Assembly (NCBI GenBank): GCA_030688365.1
Contig: JAUYIE010000021.1
Location: 9,866 to 73,865, forward strand
From: a bacterium
GTDB taxonomy: Bacteria > Patescibacteriota > Patescibacteriia > JACQRZ01
Reading direction: 5' to 3'
Length of the DNA stretch: 64,000 nucleotides
Position 1 is the stretch's first letter. The number at the start of each line of letters is the position of its first letter. Both the position numbers and the translations under genes were made by a program. Positions 8,702-17,813 of this stretch are shown here, one piece after another. Under the pieces are notes generated by a model that saw only the letters and a list, made by a program, of their open reading frames with translations, searched no databases and had not been told where the DNA came from.

Positions 8702-10123
8702 TTATATAGATTGAGGAAGCGTTACCTCGATAGACGCCTCCAATAATTGATCTTTTAATATTTCTTTAGTTATATCACGATAAAAATTGCACATTCGTTC
8801 AATTTTTGTCGTACCGGTAGCTTTTGCAAATTCATGAGTTATTTTGCAGCCTCCACCACAGTGACCTTCAATCATGCATCCCTTGCACATTTCCATAACT
8901 CCAGTGAGATGATCCTCAACCAACTTATAATATGGACTTCCGAACGAATAAAAAGACTGTATTGTAGCAATGTCTCCAATCTGATCCACACTATAGCCAC
9001 AGCTATAGATTTTCCCCGATGGAGCAACGCATATACTATTACCCTCGATCGCACCACAGAATGTCACACGTTTATCAAGCGGAGAGTCACTTAAGTTTTC
9101 TGCAGGACGAGACCAAAATCCAGGAACATCGACCCCTAATCGTTTTCCATATCTACGCATGTTCATTAATTTGGAAATGATCTCATATATAGGAATACTT
9201 ACCATACCTATGACATCTATGTCAATTCTTACATTGGTCATGCCGTGTGTAACTGCCCAATCAATTAGAGACTCATTCAGTTCATGAAAATTGTTTTCCG
9301 TAATCGTTACCGCAATGCCATTGAGTGGATATCCTACTCTTTTTAGGGTTTGAAACCCATCAGTGATCTCACCGTAGGTACCACGCCCTGACTTTGTCAT
9401 TCTGACGCTATCGTTCCCTTTTTGTAACCCATCAAGACTTGACGCAATATCAACATTATATTGCTTCAGGGTTTCGGCAATTTCTTTTGTCATCAGAGAT
9501 GCATTTGTATTTATGGAGAAGTGTATATCAAATGTGCCACTATACGCTTCATCGCAGTATTCAATAATTTGTTTTATTACCTGCCAGTTGAGAAGTGGTT
9601 CACCTCCTCCAAAGTTGATTTCCGCAACATGTTTGTTGTGTATTTTAAGGATATCTAAGTATTTATCCACAGTCTTTTTTGCCAAATGGAATGACATGAA
9701 TTTTTTAGGACTGTTGATTCGATCAGAGATTTCCAGGTTGTTGAAATGTATACAGTAGGTGCAACGAAAGTTGCAGGATTCGCACATAATCAGCTCAAGA
9801 TATTCTACCAGGGATCCATTAGTAATATCTATTTTTCTGCGTTGCATCGTTTCTACAAGTAGTTTTCTCTCATCAAGTGTTTTTGGTTTGAGAAAATAAC
9901 AACGAACCAATTCGTCAATTGCCTCCTGTCCCGCGTTTGTTTCATGTGTGTCATACCACGAAAGAAGTGTTTTTGGTTCCAAAAAATAGTTGAGAAATTC
10001 TAATGTTGCAGAGGAAACAATTTTTGGATATCCAAATAAAGAATGCCAAATTACGAAAACACCATCGTTCTCAATCTGTTGAATGAATGCCGATCTAACT
10101 AATACATTATCGTTGTCTACCAT
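8702..10123 (-). CDS. Radical SAM/SPASM peptide maturase with N-terminal RRE/PqqD-like extension
   Basis: CNFRCTYC, FGGGEPLLN, INTNA, SLDG; SPASM FCGA..ICVAPSGKIYSC, CKGCMIEGHCGGGC, MC; about 90-aa N-terminal beta/alpha extension. Confidence 0.9.
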   Translation of the reverse strand: MVDNDNVLVRSAFIQQIENDGVFVIWHSLFGYPKIVSSATLEFLNYFLEPKTLLSWYDTHETNAGQEAIDELVRCYFLKPKTLDERKLLVETMQRRKIDITNGSLVEYLELIMCESCNFRCTYCIHFNNLEISDRINSPKKFMSFHLAKKTVDKYLDILKIHNKHVAEINFGGGEPLLNWQVIKQIIEYCDEAYSGTFDIHFSINTNASLMTKEIAETLKQYNVDIASSLDGLQKGNDSVRMTKSGRGTYGEITDGFQTLKRVGYPLNGIAVTITENNFHELNESLIDWAVTHGMTNVRIDIDVIGMVSIPIYEIISKLMNMRRYGKRLGVDVPGFWSRPAENLSDSPLDKRVTFCGAIEGNSICVAPSGKIYSCGYSVDQIGDIATIQSFYSFGSPYYKLVEDHLTGVMEMCKGCMIEGHCGGGCKITHEFAKATGTTKIERMCNFYRDITKEILKDQLLEASIEVTLPQSI

Positions 10124-10518
10124 TGTATTTTTTCCTTTCTTTGTTTTTTGTCAATGTCCGATAAGTTGGTATTTACCATATTCTTTGGTATATTGCAACC
10201 CGTGTAAATATACACGGTCTGTTGGATACAATTGTAATCGAGGCATAAAAATATAAATATACTGTCTAGTTTGTGGTAGTCAAAAATAGGTCAGGCTTGA
10301 TAATATAATATTATCTCCATATTTTTGGGCGAAAAAAGATGTAAAGTGTGTGGATAACAAATGACCTAATAAGGCGTTTTTCGGTGAAAAACCTTTGTTT
10401 TACAAAAATTGACATGGCATTGACAAACCCATGTTCTTGTGATACGAGAAGGTGTAGGATTATATATAAGGTATATAAAGGGTTAGACCTTTTAAAATTA
10501 AAAAAGGAGCATTGGCTA

Positions 10519-11646
10519 ATGTCAAATTTAGAAAAAAAATTAGATACAAAACAAAACATCGAAAGCACTGCACGGATAAATTCCATTGCATTGTATGTGC
10601 CTGAAAAAAGCACAAGCGAATTATTGGATGGCGTAGAAGTTACTGTATATGGTAAAAATGGATTTGAGTATAAAAATCCACTATTCTGGTTCGTTTATGA
10701 CCGCATCGTAGGAAAATGTCTTGAAAATGTGGTTGAACGCAAAACAAGGAACATTCTTGGTAAATATCTCAGTGCTGATGAAAAGAAGACATTAGTTCAC
10801 TTGGATACTAGAACTACAACATTGGGACCATATCGTAGAAATTTTGGATTGAAGCAAGACTGGGCAGAGATATTTTTGCTCGAAACTACTTTGTTTAATA
10901 GAGGTTCACCGGTTATGAAACACCTCTGTGAGAATGTGGCGAATGCGCCCGGTCTTGATGATGTGTATAATAACAATGGTGGTTTTGCATGGAATGGACT
11001 TAAAATATTTCCATTGTCCGGCGAGCCAGACCTATTGTCAAATATATACATGGACAAGCCTGAGGCGCAGGGTACCAGAAATCGTTATTACATGCTTTTA
11101 AGATTATATGACCAGTTTGGGGGTGGTAAAACACTATCAATCGCTTGCGGGTCTGCACAGCCATTAATTCATGCTGTGAATAGATTTGTAAGTGAAAAAC
11201 ACTATAATTTAGATAACACAACATTAGTTTTGACTGACCAAGATGCTCGTAGTTTAGATTTGGCTAGATTAAGGGCCAAACAGGCAAATATTGAAGATAG
11301 GGTTCAATTCGTCCAATCTTCGTATCTGGAACTAGGCGATGCATTAGGAAATGAAAAATTTGATATTGTTGAGGCATGTGGTATAGCCGACTATCTGCCG
11401 GACAAATATTTCAAATCTTTAGTGGAAAAGGCAATGAGTTATTTGAACGTTGGTGGAAAGTTACTCATTTCTAATATGATGCCCGGGGTGTGGTCTTCTT
11501 TTATCAGAAGAACTTACAACTGGGAGATGATTTATAGAACAACACATCAGGTTGCAGAATTATTGAAAGAATCCGGGCAGAAAGATATACGCATTTATGT
11601 TGAACCGTGGAAGGTTCACATGATTGCGGTCGTTACAAAACATTAA
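10519..11646 (+). CDS. Class I SAM-dependent methyltransferase (PhcB/YnbC-like)
   Basis: AQGTRNR, LSIACGSA, FDIVEACGIADYL, LNVGGKLLISNM, WEMIYRT; AAGGAG RBS before ATG 10519. Confidence 0.85.
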   Translation: MSNLEKKLDTKQNIESTARINSIALYVPEKSTSELLDGVEVTVYGKNGFEYKNPLFWFVYDRIVGKCLENVVERKTRNILGKYLSADEKKTLVHLDTRTTTLGPYRRNFGLKQDWAEIFLLETTLFNRGSPVMKHLCENVANAPGLDDVYNNNGGFAWNGLKIFPLSGEPDLLSNIYMDKPEAQGTRNRYYMLLRLYDQFGGGKTLSIACGSAQPLIHAVNRFVSEKHYNLDNTTLVLTDQDARSLDLARLRAKQANIEDRVQFVQSSYLELGDALGNEKFDIVEACGIADYLPDKYFKSLVEKAMSYLNVGGKLLISNMMPGVWSSFIRRTYNWEMIYRTTHQVAELLKESGQKDIRIYVEPWKVHMIAVVTKH

Positions 11647-11667
11647 TAGGAATCATACAAAATCATG

Positions 11668-11701
11668 GAGACAGAGATAAAAAATCTGTCTTTTTATTTT
11701 T
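11668..11701 (+). terminator. Possible intrinsic terminator after the methyltransferase
   Basis: agacaga(11669-11675)/tctgtct(11685-11691) plus T-tract. Confidence 0.5.
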
Positions 11702-11721
11702 GTAGATGATAATATGTATAC

Positions 11722-13884
11722 ATGACATACTATTCCATTACCTCACTAATAAATTTTCTAGTCAGTTTTGGACTCGGTTTTTTTATTTTGACAAGGAGAG
11801 AAAAGACTCGATTACACAAATTAGTTGCATTTTTTTGTTTTGCTATATTTTTTTGGAGTTTCTTTTATTTTTTATGGCAAATTACTGAAACAAAAGAATA
11901 TGCACTTTGGTTTACACGTTTATTAATGGTGGGTGCTATTCTTGCCCCCGTTGCATATTGTAAGGTTGTTCTTGCATTTCTGGATTTAGAACAAGTACAT
12001 GCACGTTTGGTGAGAGTGTCATATATTTTAACTGGATTTTTTCTCATTTTACTACCAACAAAATTAATGGTACTTAAAATAGAGGCCGTACCAGGGTTTG
12101 AATTTTGGCCAAAACCAGGCTTATTTTTTATTCCTTTTTTAGTATTTTTTTTCTCATTAACATTTTTTAGTATTTATTTGACAGCCAAATCAGTATTGAA
12201 CGAAAAATCATCATACAAAAGTCGCCAAGCTAGATTAATGTTACTAGGAATAGCATTGACATTTATTGGGGGATCCACAAATTATTTTCTTTGGTTTGAT
12301 ATTAACATACCACCTTATGGTAACATTTTGGCTTGTAGTTATGTTATATTGACAACATATGCAATTTTGCGCCATCAGCTTATGGATATCAAGGTTGTTT
12401 TACGTAAGTATTCTGTATATTTCGTTTCCCTTTTTTCCGTCATCGCGCTTGCGGGATTGTTTCAATATGGATATAAAACGATCTTGGGTATCAGCAATTT
12501 TTATATCGATATCATCATCACCGGTCTTGCGGTGAGCATCTTTCCGGTGTTACGGTCGTATTATTATCGTTTTGCCAATACCTATCTTTTCACTTCGCTG
12601 TATGACACGAAGCAGGTTATTTCCAAACTAAGCGAAAAACTTCGCTCTACGCTGGAGACCGAGGAAATCTATCGCACGCTTTCCGACACTATCCAAAACG
12701 CGCTTCATATACGCAGTATTGGTCTTTTGACATACGACCATGACAAAGAAGAATACAGCATAGCCCAATGTGAAAGAGAAGAGACATGCAATCCGGTGGT
12801 GCAAAAATTAAATAAAAAATTTGTGGATTATTTGGTGACGCATGATCGGCCGATCCTCACTGCTGAAATAGATGATCGGTTTGCGGTGTTGAAGCGATTA
12901 TTGGCGCCCAGTACCGAAGTTCTTGTTCCTCTCAACCTCAAAGGCAAGCACATCGGGCTCATGCTGATAGGCCAAAAAGAGGCGAGTGATTCGTTTGATG
13001 ATGAAGATGTGAGTCTTCTTAAGATTGTGGGGTCGCAGACCGCTATTGCGCTGGAAAACGCGTTGTTGTATGGAGAAGCGCAACATTTCAATGAAGTGCT
13101 TAAGCAAAGGATCGCGCGTGCGACAAAGCAGTTGCGTTCGCAGAATGAAAAACTCAAAGAGCTGGACGAGATGAAAACCGAGTTCATCTCCATCGCATCG
13201 CACCAGCTTCGTACGCCGTTGACCGCGACAAAGTGGGCGTTGGATTTTTTGCTCAAGGGCGCGGATGGCAAGATAAATCCAAAACAGCGCGAGTCGCTGT
13301 CGGAACTTTCGGTCATGAATGTCCGCCTTATCACCTTGGTCAATGAGCTTCTCAATATTTCTCGTATTGACGAGGGACGCGTGAAGGTTGAGCCAAAGCC
13401 GACAAGTATCACAAAGGTGGTCAAAGAGATTTTGGCGGAGTTCATGCCTATCATTCGCAAAAAAGGTATTATTTTGCAAGAGCATTATGATACGGTGCCA
13501 CTCATCAAGCTGGATGCGGGTGTCATCGGCAAGGCGCTTTCCAATGTGTTGTCAAACGGCATAAAGTACAATACCGACGGCAAACATTTGTGGGTGGAGG
13601 TAGCCAAACACAAAGACGACGTCGCGATCATCGTGAAAGATGAAGGGATCGGCATCCCAACCAAAGAGCAGGATCATCTGTTCCAGAAGTTTTATCGCGC
13701 GTCAAACGCCATGACGTCAAACACGGAAGGGACGGGCTTTGGGCTGTATATCGCCAAATCCGCCATCGAGCTGTCAGGCGGAAGCATTTCTTTTGAATCA
13801 AAAGAGGGGGTGGGTACGACATTTACTGTCTTCGTGCCTCTCAAAGGCTCCCGCGCACGCAAAGGGGAGAAGAGTTTGGCATGA
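11722..13884 (+). CDS. Sensor histidine kinase: N-terminal multi-TM (HisKA_7TM-like), GAF, HisKA, HATPase_c
   Basis: Hydrophobic N-terminus ending YAILRHQLMDIK; GAF IALENALLY; ASHQLRTPLT; N box NVLSNGIKY; DEGIGI; GTGFGLYI. Confidence 0.92.
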   Translation: MTYYSITSLINFLVSFGLGFFILTRREKTRLHKLVAFFCFAIFFWSFFYFLWQITETKEYALWFTRLLMVGAILAPVAYCKVVLAFLDLEQVHARLVRVSYILTGFFLILLPTKLMVLKIEAVPGFEFWPKPGLFFIPFLVFFFSLTFFSIYLTAKSVLNEKSSYKSRQARLMLLGIALTFIGGSTNYFLWFDINIPPYGNILACSYVILTTYAILRHQLMDIKVVLRKYSVYFVSLFSVIALAGLFQYGYKTILGISNFYIDIIITGLAVSIFPVLRSYYYRFANTYLFTSLYDTKQVISKLSEKLRSTLETEEIYRTLSDTIQNALHIRSIGLLTYDHDKEEYSIAQCEREETCNPVVQKLNKKFVDYLVTHDRPILTAEIDDRFAVLKRLLAPSTEVLVPLNLKGKHIGLMLIGQKEASDSFDDEDVSLLKIVGSQTAIALENALLYGEAQHFNEVLKQRIARATKQLRSQNEKLKELDEMKTEFISIASHQLRTPLTATKWALDFLLKGADGKINPKQRESLSELSVMNVRLITLVNELLNISRIDEGRVKVEPKPTSITKVVKEILAEFMPIIRKKGIILQEHYDTVPLIKLDAGVIGKALSNVLSNGIKYNTDGKHLWVEVAKHKDDVAIIVKDEGIGIPTKEQDHLFQKFYRASNAMTSNTEGTGFGLYIAKSAIELSGGSISFESKEGVGTTFTVFVPLKGSRARKGEKSLA

Positions 13885-13995
13885 GACATAGATCATTACT
13901 GGTCTAGAAAAAGAGTCAATTATTCACAAAAGCTCTATTTATGGGCTTTTTTAGTACATAACCCTTTAAATATACTGATTTTCCTACCATAACCA

Positions 13996-14024
13996 TTGAC
14001 TTTTTTACTGAAATATAGTATAAT
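13996..14024 (+). promoter_or_regulatory. Sigma70 promoter
   Basis: TTGACT-17 nt-TATAAT. Confidence 0.75.
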
Positions 14025-14093
14025 GATGCTCAACGATCTAATTATCACTAAAAGATCAATTTAAGCTTTATTTATATGTATTTCGCTAGAAAT

Positions 14094-15596
14094 ATGAAAC
14101 GGACAATCAGTTTTATGGGAGTTCTCATGCTCGGCGTGATTTTTGTCGGTTTGACGACTTCACAAGCACAAGCGTATGAATATCCATACGGTTATGGGTA
14201 TCAATATCCTGCGCCAAAAACACCTAATGCGGGTAAAATCCTGTTACAGGTGCAAGATAGAGGTCAGGCATGGTATGTAAATCCTGCCGATCAACGACGT
14301 TACTATTTGGGACGCCCGTCTGACGCTTTTGAAGTTATGAAGAAGCTTGGTATCGGTATTACCAATGCAAACCTTCGAAAGTTTCCTGTAGCAGCATTTA
14401 ATTATTATGGTCTTCCTGATACTGATCGAGATGGTTTGTATGACGATTTTGAAAAAGTATATGGCACTGATTGGACCAACCCAGATACCGACTATGATGG
14501 GTATACTGACTTAGCGGAATTGCGTAATGGATACAATCCATTTGGTGCAGGATTTGCCGGTTATGATATGGCTTTTGCCAAAGCAAACAAAGGAAAGATT
14601 TTTCTTCAAGTAGAAAACGGTGGAGCTGCGTGGTACATCAACCCTGCTGATTCAAAAGCGTATTACTTGGGACGACCGGGCGATGCATTTAACGTAATGC
14701 GGTTCTTGGGAGTTGGTGCGACCAACGATACAATCAATCGTATTCCACGAGGTGATCAGTATCAAGCATATCCGGTATGTGGTGCATACGGACAAGCGGC
14801 ATGTTATAATCCGACACAGCCAACGTATTATCCAACACAACCAGCGCCAAGCTATCCATCACAAACATCCAATCGTTATTACGTGCGTTTGTTCAATGTG
14901 GATAACGTCGCATATGCCATCATCAATGGAAACAAGACATATACAGCTTCCTATGGTGCGGACAATTTGATTGACGTGACTGACTATATCCATTCTGGCA
15001 ACAACACCATACAGTTTAAACTGTACAATGATACAGCTGGCTACACATGGGGTTTTCAGATCAAACGCAATGATCAAGTGTTGTTTTCTGAAATCGCCGG
15101 ATTGGTAGGCGTAACGGGTGCAAATGGCAATGATGCCAAACATACCTTTCAAGATGTGTATAACAAGACAGTTATACTCAACGAATCAGGTGTTTCTAGC
15201 ATCAACGGCTTTCAACAACCAGTTCCTGTGGCACCAACACCAAGTCACTGGTACCTTCGCGTATTTAACGCTGATGATCGTGGTTTGGCTGTCATCAACA
15301 ACAAATATAGTTTGAACACCAGTTTTGACCAAGATACCGGTTTTGTAGACATCAGTAATTACTTATTGACTTCCGGTAACAACACGATTGATCTACGATC
15401 ATACAATGATGGTGGGGCATATGCGTGGGGTTTCCAGCTTAAGAAAGATAGTACAATGATTTTTGATGATGTTGCAGGCGACTCCGGTACATACGGTGCA
15501 CACGGTAATGAATATTCACGCGAGTATCAGTATTCTTACAACAAAACATTGACGATTAATACCAACGGTGTAGTGAGTGTCCGTGATAATAGATAA
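14094..15596 (+). CDS. Secreted multi-repeat surface protein
   Basis: Signal peptide (AQA); two ILLQV..G.AWY.NP.D...YYLGRP.DAF repeats around a Ca-binding DTDRDGL..DTDYDGYTD insert; two C-terminal beta-rich repeats (RLFNVD..WGFQ). Confidence 0.8.
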   Translation: MKRTISFMGVLMLGVIFVGLTTSQAQAYEYPYGYGYQYPAPKTPNAGKILLQVQDRGQAWYVNPADQRRYYLGRPSDAFEVMKKLGIGITNANLRKFPVAAFNYYGLPDTDRDGLYDDFEKVYGTDWTNPDTDYDGYTDLAELRNGYNPFGAGFAGYDMAFAKANKGKIFLQVENGGAAWYINPADSKAYYLGRPGDAFNVMRFLGVGATNDTINRIPRGDQYQAYPVCGAYGQAACYNPTQPTYYPTQPAPSYPSQTSNRYYVRLFNVDNVAYAIINGNKTYTASYGADNLIDVTDYIHSGNNTIQFKLYNDTAGYTWGFQIKRNDQVLFSEIAGLVGVTGANGNDAKHTFQDVYNKTVILNESGVSSINGFQQPVPVAPTPSHWYLRVFNADDRGLAVINNKYSLNTSFDQDTGFVDISNYLLTSGNNTIDLRSYNDGGAYAWGFQLKKDSTMIFDDVAGDSGTYGAHGNEYSREYQYSYNKTLTINTNGVVSVRDNR

Positions 15597-15633
15597 GATT
15601 TCTCTTTTCCAAATCATTCAGGATTTTGGAAGT

Positions 15634-15674
15634 AAAAAGGCCGTCGTCGCTTCAAGCGAAATGACGGCTTTTTT
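15634..15674 (+). terminator. Intrinsic terminator
   Basis: ggccgtc/gacggct stem with inner tcgct-tca-agcga hairpin and T-tract. Confidence 0.7.
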
Positions 15675-15704
15675 AATACACACATGTCATGGTATACTAT
15701 ATAT

Positions 15705-16091
15705 ATGGCTCCATCCAAATATACTATCGCAATCATTGAAGACGAAAAGATGTTATTGAAATATATGGCATCAAGCTTGTCGTCTGCGTCTGATTTTAGA
15801 GTCGTTACGGCGATGGACGGTGAAGAAGGAGAACAGTTGGTGATAAAAGAAAAACCAGATCTTGTTTTTCTTGATCTTATCATGCCAAAGAAAAATGGCT
15901 TTGAGGTGCTGGAATCTCTGACAAAAAGTCCCGAAACAAAAAAAATCCCGATTGTAATTCTTTCCAATTTAGGACAAGAAAAAGATATTGCACAAGCAAA
16001 ACAGCTCGGTGCGCGTGATTATCTCATAAAAGTCAACCTTGAAATCAATGATTTGGTGCGCACCGCTCGTTCATATTTAGATACACCTTGA
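15705..16091 (+). CDS. Single-domain response regulator (CheY-like)
   Basis: IIEDE, PDLVFLDLIMPKKNGFEVL, SNL, DYLIK. Confidence 0.92.
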   Translation: MAPSKYTIAIIEDEKMLLKYMASSLSSASDFRVVTAMDGEEGEQLVIKEKPDLVFLDLIMPKKNGFEVLESLTKSPETKKIPIVILSNLGQEKDIAQAKQLGARDYLIKVNLEINDLVRTARSYLDTP

Positions 16092-17779
16092 TGTTTCTTC
16101 CCGATGAACAATTAAAAAAGATTTTGCTGTCAAGCAAAATGATAGACCAAGCGACATGGGATGATGCGTATGCGAATGCCCTTCGTCTTAATGTTCCTGT
16201 TGAGGATATACTCAAAGAACGCGATATTATTGCCGGTCATATTTTGTATGAATTGGTGGCAAAAGCGATCAAAATGCCGTATATAAATTTAAAGACGCAT
16301 GATATTCCGCCGAGAGTGATGGATTTGCTTGATTATCGGACCGCGAGTGTTCTCCATGCCGTCCCGTTTGAAGCGCAGAAAGGTAAACCGGTCAAAGTAG
16401 CATGTTTGGATCCCCTGAATAAAAGGACATTAAAACTTATCAAGTCAAAGTTGAAACGTCCGCTTGAAATTTTTTTGACCGGTAAAGAGGGATTTGCATT
16501 TGCTACGCGTCATTACCAGAAAAATGTTGCAGAAAAAATTAAAAAAGAGGTACAGCGCTTGGCTACAAGTAAAGGAAAAAATACTGAACGAATCAGTACT
16601 TTGTTGGTAGAATATCTATATTATACACATCCGTCAGATATTCACCTTGAACATCTGGATGATGGTGGAGTGATCAAATTTCGCATAGATGGATTTTTAT
16701 ACGATGAGTTTTTTGTTCCTGATAAGGTACTTGATGAGTTGATACGACTTTTGTGTGTCAATGCGCATATTTCTCATGATGCAAAAAATAGTGCCGATGG
16801 ACGGCTTGCTGCCCATGTATTTGGGGAGTTTATTGCGTTTCGTGTATCTTTGGTGCCTGCATATCATGGTAGGACTCTCGTGCTTCGTGTCATCAATGAA
16901 TCATCGCAAAAAATGAGTTTGCGCGATCATGGACTGGAAGAGACGTCAATAGAACTCGTGAAAAAAGAAATAAAAAAGCCGTACGGGCTGATATTGGTGT
17001 CAGGTCCGACCGGTTCGGGGAAATCATCTACTTTGTATAGTTTAGTAAAAATGCTCAATCTCCAAGGTGTGAGTATTGCGACCATTGAAGACCCTATTGA
17101 GTACAGCATCCGTCATGTCAATCAGACTCAAGTGGATCTGGAGTCCGGATATACGTTTGTGCAAGGGTTGCGACACCTGCTCCGTCAGGATCCCAACGTC
17201 ATCATGGTAGGGGAAATACGCGACAACGAGACAGCGGGCATTACGGCAGAGGCCGCGTTGACGGGGCATATTGTGCTTTCTACAATCCATGCAAATACCG
17301 CTGTGGGCACTATCACGCGTCTGCGTAATATGGAAGTCAAACCGTATCTGATCGGCCCTACACTCAACCTTGCCATCTCGCAACGTCTTGTGAAGCGTAT
17401 ATGTCCGTATTGTCGTGAGGGGTATGAGGTTATGAAGTCTCTGCTGGATAGTATGGATGGTGATACACATGTGTATACATCGTTTGAAAAGTTGCGCACG
17501 GTTGGTTTGCTCTCAACCAATGATTATAGTGCATTGCGTTTTTACAGAGGTAAAGGATGTCTCAAGTGCGCGGGCAGTGGCTATCGCGGACGTGTGGGCT
17601 TGTATGAGATTTTGAAAGTGGATGATGAGATACAAAAAATGATTTTGGAGGAAAAAGACGAACAGACCATTCAAAAAGAAGCCGAGAAAAAAGGTATGTT
17701 GACGCTGTTTGAAGACGGTTTGATAAAAGTAATTTCCGGGGAAACGACCATTGAGGAAGTGATGAGGGTGATTAACTAG
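16091..17779 (+). CDS. GspE/PulE/PilB-family pilus assembly ATPase
   Basis: SDIHLE, FRIDG, Walker A GPTGSGKS, TIEDPIEY, LRQDPNVIMVGEIRD, CPYC...CLKC. Confidence 0.92.
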   Translation: MFLPDEQLKKILLSSKMIDQATWDDAYANALRLNVPVEDILKERDIIAGHILYELVAKAIKMPYINLKTHDIPPRVMDLLDYRTASVLHAVPFEAQKGKPVKVACLDPLNKRTLKLIKSKLKRPLEIFLTGKEGFAFATRHYQKNVAEKIKKEVQRLATSKGKNTERISTLLVEYLYYTHPSDIHLEHLDDGGVIKFRIDGFLYDEFFVPDKVLDELIRLLCVNAHISHDAKNSADGRLAAHVFGEFIAFRVSLVPAYHGRTLVLRVINESSQKMSLRDHGLEETSIELVKKEIKKPYGLILVSGPTGSGKSSTLYSLVKMLNLQGVSIATIEDPIEYSIRHVNQTQVDLESGYTFVQGLRHLLRQDPNVIMVGEIRDNETAGITAEAALTGHIVLSTIHANTAVGTITRLRNMEVKPYLIGPTLNLAISQRLVKRICPYCREGYEVMKSLLDSMDGDTHVYTSFEKLRTVGLLSTNDYSALRFYRGKGCLKCAGSGYRGRVGLYEILKVDDEIQKMILEEKDEQTIQKEAEKKGMLTLFEDGLIKVISGETTIEEVMRVIN

Positions 17780-17813
17780 AGCGCGATGGCATGATAGTCG
17801 TCAGTGCGGTTTA

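Noticed and set aside
8517-8714. 65-aa plus-strand ORF in the track
   Set aside because: Antisense to the precursor peptide and its terminator; no RBS
10348-10518. N-terminal extension of the methyltransferase in the track
   Set aside because: RBS supports ATG 10519; upstream looks like promoter DNA
3044-11646. Integron cassette array or prophage
   Set aside because: Mixed orientations; no attC repeats, integrase or phage genes seen
12828-13485. Long antisense ORFs (also 29435-30187, 36228-37061, 62421-63056)
   Set aside because: Shadows of well-supported genes with no recognisable motifs
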